This document shows positions 58,627-64,000 of a stretch of 64,000 nucleotides of DNA, one piece after another. Source of the stretch: an uncultured Gemmatimonadaceae bacterium (GTDB taxonomy: Bacteria; Gemmatimonadota; Gemmatimonadetes; Gemmatimonadales; Gemmatimonadaceae); contig CAWHHI010000004.1 of assembly GCA_963829055.1 (NCBI GenBank), forward strand, positions 608,001 through 672,000, given 5' to 3'. Below the pieces are notes generated by a model. That model searched no databases. It had not been told where the DNA came from and was given only the letters and a program-made list of their open reading frames with translations. The position numbers were made by a program, and so were the translations under genes. The first letter of the stretch is position 1; the number at the start of each line of letters is the position of its first letter.

Positions 58627-60555
58627 CTAACGCGGCGGCTCACGTCGACGACTCTCGGCGGTCCGACGCCGCGGCCGGGATCGAAGAGCGGCTTCTCCAC
58701 CTCGGCGAACGGCGCGCGCACCAGCATGATGCGATCGAGCATGACGCCGTCGTGGTGCATCCAGACGTTGAGCACGTGCGGTCCCGGCTCCACGATGTTC
58801 AGCACCGCGAGCGTGGTGTCCGTCATCTGGAATTGAACATCCCACTCGAACGCGTCACGCGCCCAGCCCCACTGCGCCTACCGGAAACCGACCGAGTCGA
58901 TCGGCGAGCCGCACCTCTTCGTTGTCGAGCCCGACGTGAATGCTGCGACTGGCGCTATCGGGCGCCTGCTCCGCGAGCGTACACGACGTAGGTTCCGGGC
59001 TGGTCGAATCCAGATGTTGTATCGGAGCTCTGGCGCGTTCGCTCGAAACTCGCCGGCTCGCACGATCGTGCCGCGCTCTGGGACCGGCCACGACGTAGCC
59101 GTCGCCGGAGAATCCTGCGAGGTCTCGCGCGACGGTCCAGCTCTGCCCGTCGCGCGGCGTGTTGCTCACGAAGTGCTCGGCCTCGATGGTCGACGCGGCC
59201 ACCGTCCTCGACGAACTGTCCCTCGGCGGCAATGACGTTGACCCGCACACCTCGCGGGCCGGCTCGCCGACGTACTCGTGCGTCACCGTGAGCTCGAACG
59301 CGTGAGTCGGCGACGGTCAGTCGCAACGAACGATGCCGTCGCGCCGGTGTCCGACTGTCAGCCGAACGCGCGGCCCGTCCACCTGCCGCCATCGGTACCG
59401 GAGCGCCTGGCCCGCGTGCCGCATAGCTCGCCTCCCGTCGAGCGTGACCGTGTCGCCAACGACGTGCGTCGACGTGAATCCCGGGTGCGCGATGGGCGTC
59501 TCGTTCGCGTCGGCGCGCTCGAGCAAGCCGACGCGCGTTGCCGTGGTAGTACTTCGCCATCACGCTGTCCGGCAGCGGCCACTTCTCGGTGAACGGAAGG
59601 AACATGTCCAGCCGCTGGCGATACGACTTGAGCCAGCGGAACGTGTTCTCCATGTAGTCGGTGCCGAACATGACCTGGTCCTGATATCGATCGAAGAACG
59701 ACAGCTCCGCCGAGTCGAGCGTCGCGAACTCGACCTTCGGCTGATGGGCGCCACCCTCCGTGTACATGTTCGGGTACTTCTCGAGCATCTCTTCGAGGTA
59801 GGTGCGATCGCCGGCGGCGCCCGCCCAGTGCGCCGCGATCAGCTGGAGGCGCGGGTGCTTGCGCAGCACGCGCTCGCGCTGGAGCATGAGCGATCTCCCA
59901 GCGCACGGTCTCGGTTTGCCCCGTTAGGCGCCTGATGCTCGCCCTTGTACGCGCCGCCCAGGTGCACGAGCACCGGGACGCCCAGCCGCTCGGCGGTACT
60001 CCACAGCGGGTCGTACGCCGGGCGTGTCGAACGGGACGAGCGTTCCCGCTGTGTCGCGCGTCCAGTAGTTGACCGTTACCGGCGCCCGCCTGGTCCTTGA
60101 TCTTGAGGCCCGACGGCGCCGCGGCGCACGGCGTCCTCGAGCAGGCCGGCGACCCAGGTCGGGTAGTCGGCCGCTCGCTTCCGACGAAGACGTCGTTCGC
60201 GTCGTCGATCGGCACGTTGGCGAACAGCTTGAACCGAGCGGTGTCGGGGTACAGCGCGATCCGCTCGGCTCACGCGATCGCCGAAAATGCCATTTTCGAG
60301 CGAATTGTCCGGCGCCTTGAAGTCGACGACGAGCTCCACGTGCATCTCGTTCATCGTGCGCGTGAGCTCGTCGAAGTTCGGGCGCTTTCCCGGCCACGTC
60401 TCGACGCCGCCGAGGTGCGTGTGAATGTCGATGATGGAGAATCGCGGCGGCGGTGCGTGCGGCGGTGCGGCATCGCGGCATCCGCCGAACACGATGCGAG
60501 CAGGCAAGCCGCCGCCGTCACGGCCGGCCTAACGCGGACCGTCCGGCGCGCTCAT
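58627..60555 (-). CDS. Lipoprotein amidohydrolase (amidohydro_2-like) fused to PKD-like and carbohydrate-binding-like C-terminal domains; frameshifted
   Basis: LLASC lipobox; IIDIHTH, GLKI, VPVLVH, IAAHW, VMFGTD, YYHGNARRL; then VTLDG..YRWRQVDGP, IEAEHF..GFSGDGYV, LNVWMHHDG..LDRI. Confidence 0.65.
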
Positions 60556-62097
60556 CGCGGACGCGCCGACGCCGGAGCCTGCCACGGCCGAAGTATCCAG
60601 CGGCGTTCGTCGGGGCGAAGACACAGGAAGCGCGATACCGCACGCGACGAGGTAGGCCGCCGCCCTCCACGCGATCGCGGGCCCGCCGGCGTGCGGCACC
60701 CACCATCCGCGCGGCCGCGGTTGCGACAAGCGCGAGTGCAGCAGCGGCCCGAGCGGTAGCGAAGAGCTCGGCGAGCGCCGTGCCTACGCAGCAACCGTGT
60801 CGCCGTCGCCAGGAGGATCACCGAGTTGCCCGACGAGAAACGCGATGCCGACGCCCATGCCACCCATGCCTGCGACGAGCCAGCGCGCGAGCGCGATCGT
60901 GAGCAATTGGCCGCTGACCGTGCATGACGAGAAATCCGGAAATGTCATCGAACCCGATCAGGAGCGCCTGATAGACGCCCGCAATCGAGCAGCACTGCTT
61001 CCGCCAGCACGAACACGGTCACGAGCGGACATCGCGTCCAGCGAACTCTGGCCGAGTACAGCAGCGTGAGCCACTGCGCCGGGAACAGCACGAACACCAG
61101 CGTCGACAGCACCACGAGCACGATCAGAATGCGCAGGTACTCCGCGACCGCCGCGATGCGTTCGGTCTTCGGAGTAGTGCGGTTGACGAGCGGCGTCAGA
61201 TACAAGCCCGTTCGCCTGGTTCAAGCACGAGCCGTATCGACACTCCGATGCCGTACGCGGCCGCGACGAATCCGGCCTCGATGGCGCCGTGCGTCGACAG
61301 CAGCATCGATCGCGCGAGGAGGTACGCGAACGGAGACGTCAGCGCGAGCACGTACATCGACGCCGCGAACGTCGTGAGTCCGGGTTGCGAACGCAGCGCA
61401 CGGACCGCCGACGCCGTGCTCAGGTTCGTCGATAGTCCGAGGCCGAGCGATCGCCCGAGGTACCACTGCATGCCCGACGATCGTGATGACGAGCACGATC
61501 GCGTTGGCGACGTACAGCCCGACGAGTCCATCGCTCCGCACCCCGATGGCCGCGCCGCCAACGGTCAGGACGGCGCCCAGGAACGCCGCGATCGCCGATT
61601 CGCGGTGACGTTCGAGCGCGGCCATCGCATTGCGAAGCAACGGTGCGATCGCGAATGGCGGGCACTCCCATCAGTGCCACCATCAAGGCGGATCGGTATC
61701 GCAGCGAGCCCCTCTCCGAAAAACGACGGCCACGCGCTGGCGATGCCGGTACCGATCGCCGCTGCCACGATGGAGGCGAGCACGAGCAGCATAACGAGTG
61801 CGTCGTAGATGCTGCGCGTCTCCTCCGCGCCACCATCGCGGGCTCGCGCAAGGAACTTGAGACCGACGAACGGAATGCTGAGCGATCCGAGCTGCGCGAC
61901 GAGCGACACCACCTGATCGATGACGCTCGCGACGCCCACGCCGGCGGGCCCGAGGAGCACAGCGAGCACCTTCGTGCGCGCGAGCCCGGCCAGCATGGTG
62001 AACGCCTGAATGCCACCAAGCGCGACGAATCGCCTGGAGGGGGCGGAATGACAGGCGTCGGAACCGGATCAACCGCCTGGGGCGCGCTTACCCCCAT
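60552..62097 (-). CDS. wzx: Wzx-like oligosaccharide flippase; frameshifted
   Basis: ARTKVLAVLLGPAGVG, many TM segments, EAGFVAAAY, LYLTP, LTLLYS..F. Confidence 0.75.
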
Positions 62098-63221
62098 AAG
62101 TGCGCGAGCCCGCGCTCTCGCACATGATCTTCGATGTCGCCGATGAAGCGATCCGCGAACGCGTCCGGTGAGAACTGACGAAACTGGGCCGACGCGAGGT
62201 AGTCACGTCCGGCGACGCGCAGTCGTTCGTACTCCGCGTCGCTGATCGAGTCGAGGTAGCGCTGCATCTCGTGGTAGTCGGCGAAGCGCCGCGCATCGAT
62301 GTAGCAATTCGGGTCCACGGCCTCGCCGATGTCTGGTGCGCCAAGGTAGATCGGCACGACTCCGGCATACAGGCAGTCGAACAGCTTCTCCGTGATCCAG
62401 CCGTCGAGAATCATGTTCTCGTAGCAGATCGCGAATCGATAGCGGCTCATCGCCTCGTGCTTGTCATCGACGGGACCGCGCCACGTCTGCCGTACCGCGT
62501 CGCCGAACTCGGCCTCCATTTCGCCGAGCCCATTCTCCCACAGGCGGCCCCAGAGATCGATGCCGCCATTCGCCGCGAAATGTTTGAGCGCGCGGAGCCG
62601 CTCGGTGTACAACTCTCCCGCCGCGAGCACCGCCCGCTTGTTGCTGTTCACGATGATGATGCCGCGCCGATCACGGCGGCTCCAGTGCGGCTCGATCGTG
62701 TGGTCGAACGGCATCGGGATCCGGAACGGGCGCAGCGTCGGCACGTTAGGCACGAACGGGCGCAGCTGGTCGGCGGTCGTCCACGAGTAGATCGTCCGGA
62801 AATGGTGGGCGAGCTCCGGCGTCGCTTCGTACATGGCAGGATCGACGACGACGACCTCGAAAAGATAGAACGCGTTGATCAGCACGTCGTCGCGCTTGAG
62901 CAGCGACTGGTACCCGTCGTGGACGCCGAACGACACATACACGTTGGCGCCGGTGCGTGCGGTGGATGACTTGCTCGCGTCTGCGAGATAGTCCGCGGTA
63001 TCGATCGTCACGCCATGCGACGCGAGGCGCTCTCTCAGGCGAAGCCACGGGCAGCAGCGCACCGTCGCGATTGAACCGTGAGTGCGGATCGAACAGCTGA
63101 TTGCCGTAGAAATGCCGCGTGAATGGGTCGAGAAATACGCGGATGCGGGAGAGCGTCCATTCGCGCGCGGCGCGGTCGTACTCGCACCCGCTGTGTCGCC
63201 GTTGGCGGTTGCGCCGTTCAC
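62088..63221 (-). CDS. Glycosyltransferase family 10 (alpha-1,3-fucosyltransferase-like)
   Basis: GT10 signature YRFAICYEN..DGWITEKLFDCLYAGVVPIYLGAP..YID; frameshifts at the 5' end. Confidence 0.85.
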   Translation of the reverse strand: MNGATANGDTAGASTTAPRANGRSPASAYFSTHSRGISTAISCSIRTHGSIATVRCCPWLRLRERLASHGVTIDTADYLADASKSSTARTGANVYVSFGVHDGYQSLLKRDDVLINAFYLFEVVVVDPAMYEATPELAHHFRTIYSWTTADQLRPFVPNVPTLRPFRIPMPFDHTIEPHWSRRDRRGIIIVNSNKRAVLAAGELYTERLRALKHFAANGGIDLWGRLWENGLGEMEAEFGDAVRQTWRGPVDDKHEAMSRYRFAICYENMILDGWITEKLFDCLYAGVVPIYLGAPDIGEAVDPNCYIDARRFADYHEMQRYLDSISDAEYERLRVAGRDYLASAQFRQFSPDAFADRFIGDIEDHVRERGLAHLWG

Positions 63222-64000
63222 CGCAAGAGTCGCCGAGCGACTGTGCAGCGGACGTCGACGGCGGAGCGAGATCGCCGGGAGGGAAGCGGCGGAAGCGCGC
63301 AAAATGGACGAGCCGGCGCGCTGTCCTGTTCGTGCCACTCGCCGCGGCAACCCGCACGAGCGTGCGGAGCGCGAGCACTCGCGCGACCTGCCCTCGACGC
63401 GACGAGCGAAGCAACGGTCGCACGAACGAGCTGTTGAGCAGCGCGAGCGCCTTTGAGCCGGTCGCCTAGCACGTACGCGTTCGCCGCGCGCTCTGCCTCA
63501 TCGCGCACGCGCCAGACGCGATAGCGACGTCAGCGCCTCGGCGCTGACGAGCGCACGGATGCCGGGGCGGGACAGATGCCGGTCCATCGCCGCGAAATAC
63601 ATCTCCGGTTCCGTGCGCATGCGCTCGTACTGCTTGGACCACTGCGCCGTGTAGTGGCGGTATCCCATCAGGTACTCGTGAACGAGACCGATACGCCACT
63701 CGATCGACAATCGCGTCCACATGTCGAGGTCCGCCGCAATGCCGAAGCGCGACTGATCGAACCCGCCGACCGAGTCGAACGCCGCGCGTCTGAACATCAC
63801 CGACGGCGTGCGCAGAAACGTGTTCTTGTGACGCAGCAGGCTCTCGGCGAGGAGCGCAGCGTCGAACAGGCGCGTGTCACGCAGCTCTGGCGGTAGCTGC
63901 AGTCGGCCGTACTCCCGCCCGGACTCATCGATGAATCGGTCGAGGCAGAACACCGCGCCAGCGTCCTGGTGTTCGAGCAGGAACGCCAGCTCGCGTTCGA
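63218..64000 (-). CDS. Glycosyltransferase family 2 (5' part outside the window)
   Basis: TPSVMFRR.AFDSVGGFD, AADLDMW.R, LMGYRHY. Confidence 0.8.

Noticed and set aside
10892..62751. Integron attC sites (GCCTAAC / GTTAGGC resemble attC core sites)
   Set aside because: Copies lie mostly inside CDSs, I saw none forming GCCTAAC...GTTAGGC pairs 50-150 bp apart with a hairpin, and there is no integrase.
586..64000. Widespread pseudogenisation or programmed frameshifting
   Set aside because: Frameshifts hit nearly all genes, including metH, while catalytic motifs are intact. This pattern fits long-read indel errors.
2343..64000. Long Arg/Ala-rich antisense and alternate-frame ORFs
   Set aside because: These are shadow ORFs expected in high-GC DNA overlapping well-supported genes.
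1..64000. Frequent CGATCG/GCGATCGC as a HIP1-like repeat
   Set aside because: Readily explained by the preferred codons GCG-ATC-G; cannot be claimed without a codon-aware background model.
1..64000. tRNA, rRNA, transposase or phage genes
   Set aside because: None recognised.

Overview
High-GC bacterial window. Gene content suggests Gemmatimonadota (inference only). It has many single-base frameshifts that look like long-read assembly errors, so most genes were rebuilt by joining ORF fragments and their ends are approximate. Left end (~0.6-9.4 kb): a metH-yitJ methionine operon under a SAM-II riboswitch, plus YggT and DUF167. Most of the window (~9.6-64 kb) is a large surface/exopolysaccharide locus: rmlBA, many GT2/GT4/GT10 glycosyltransferases, two deacetylases, two MCG-type AsnB amidotransferases, wecB, a heparinase II/III-like lyase, a bi-domain oxidoreductase, Wzy/O-antigen-ligase-like and Wzx-like proteins, and methyltransferases. 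Three things inside this locus stand out. (1) A lasso-peptide-type RiPP module at 51.8-58.6 kb: nucleotidyltransferase, Cys-less Asn-synthetase-like cyclase, a 39-aa precursor MYQAPKLERLGSFREITL|GGGEFNPGDGTNAFHRYSPNG, HPr-kinase-like kinase and ABC-2 exporter. It is joined to the glycosyltransferase operon, and no leader peptidase or RRE gene is visible. (2) Two paralogous Ig-repeat/beta-helix lipoproteins, each directly behind its own c-di-GMP-I riboswitch. (3) A strongly over-represented, strand-unbiased octamer GCCTAACG/CGTTAGGC.
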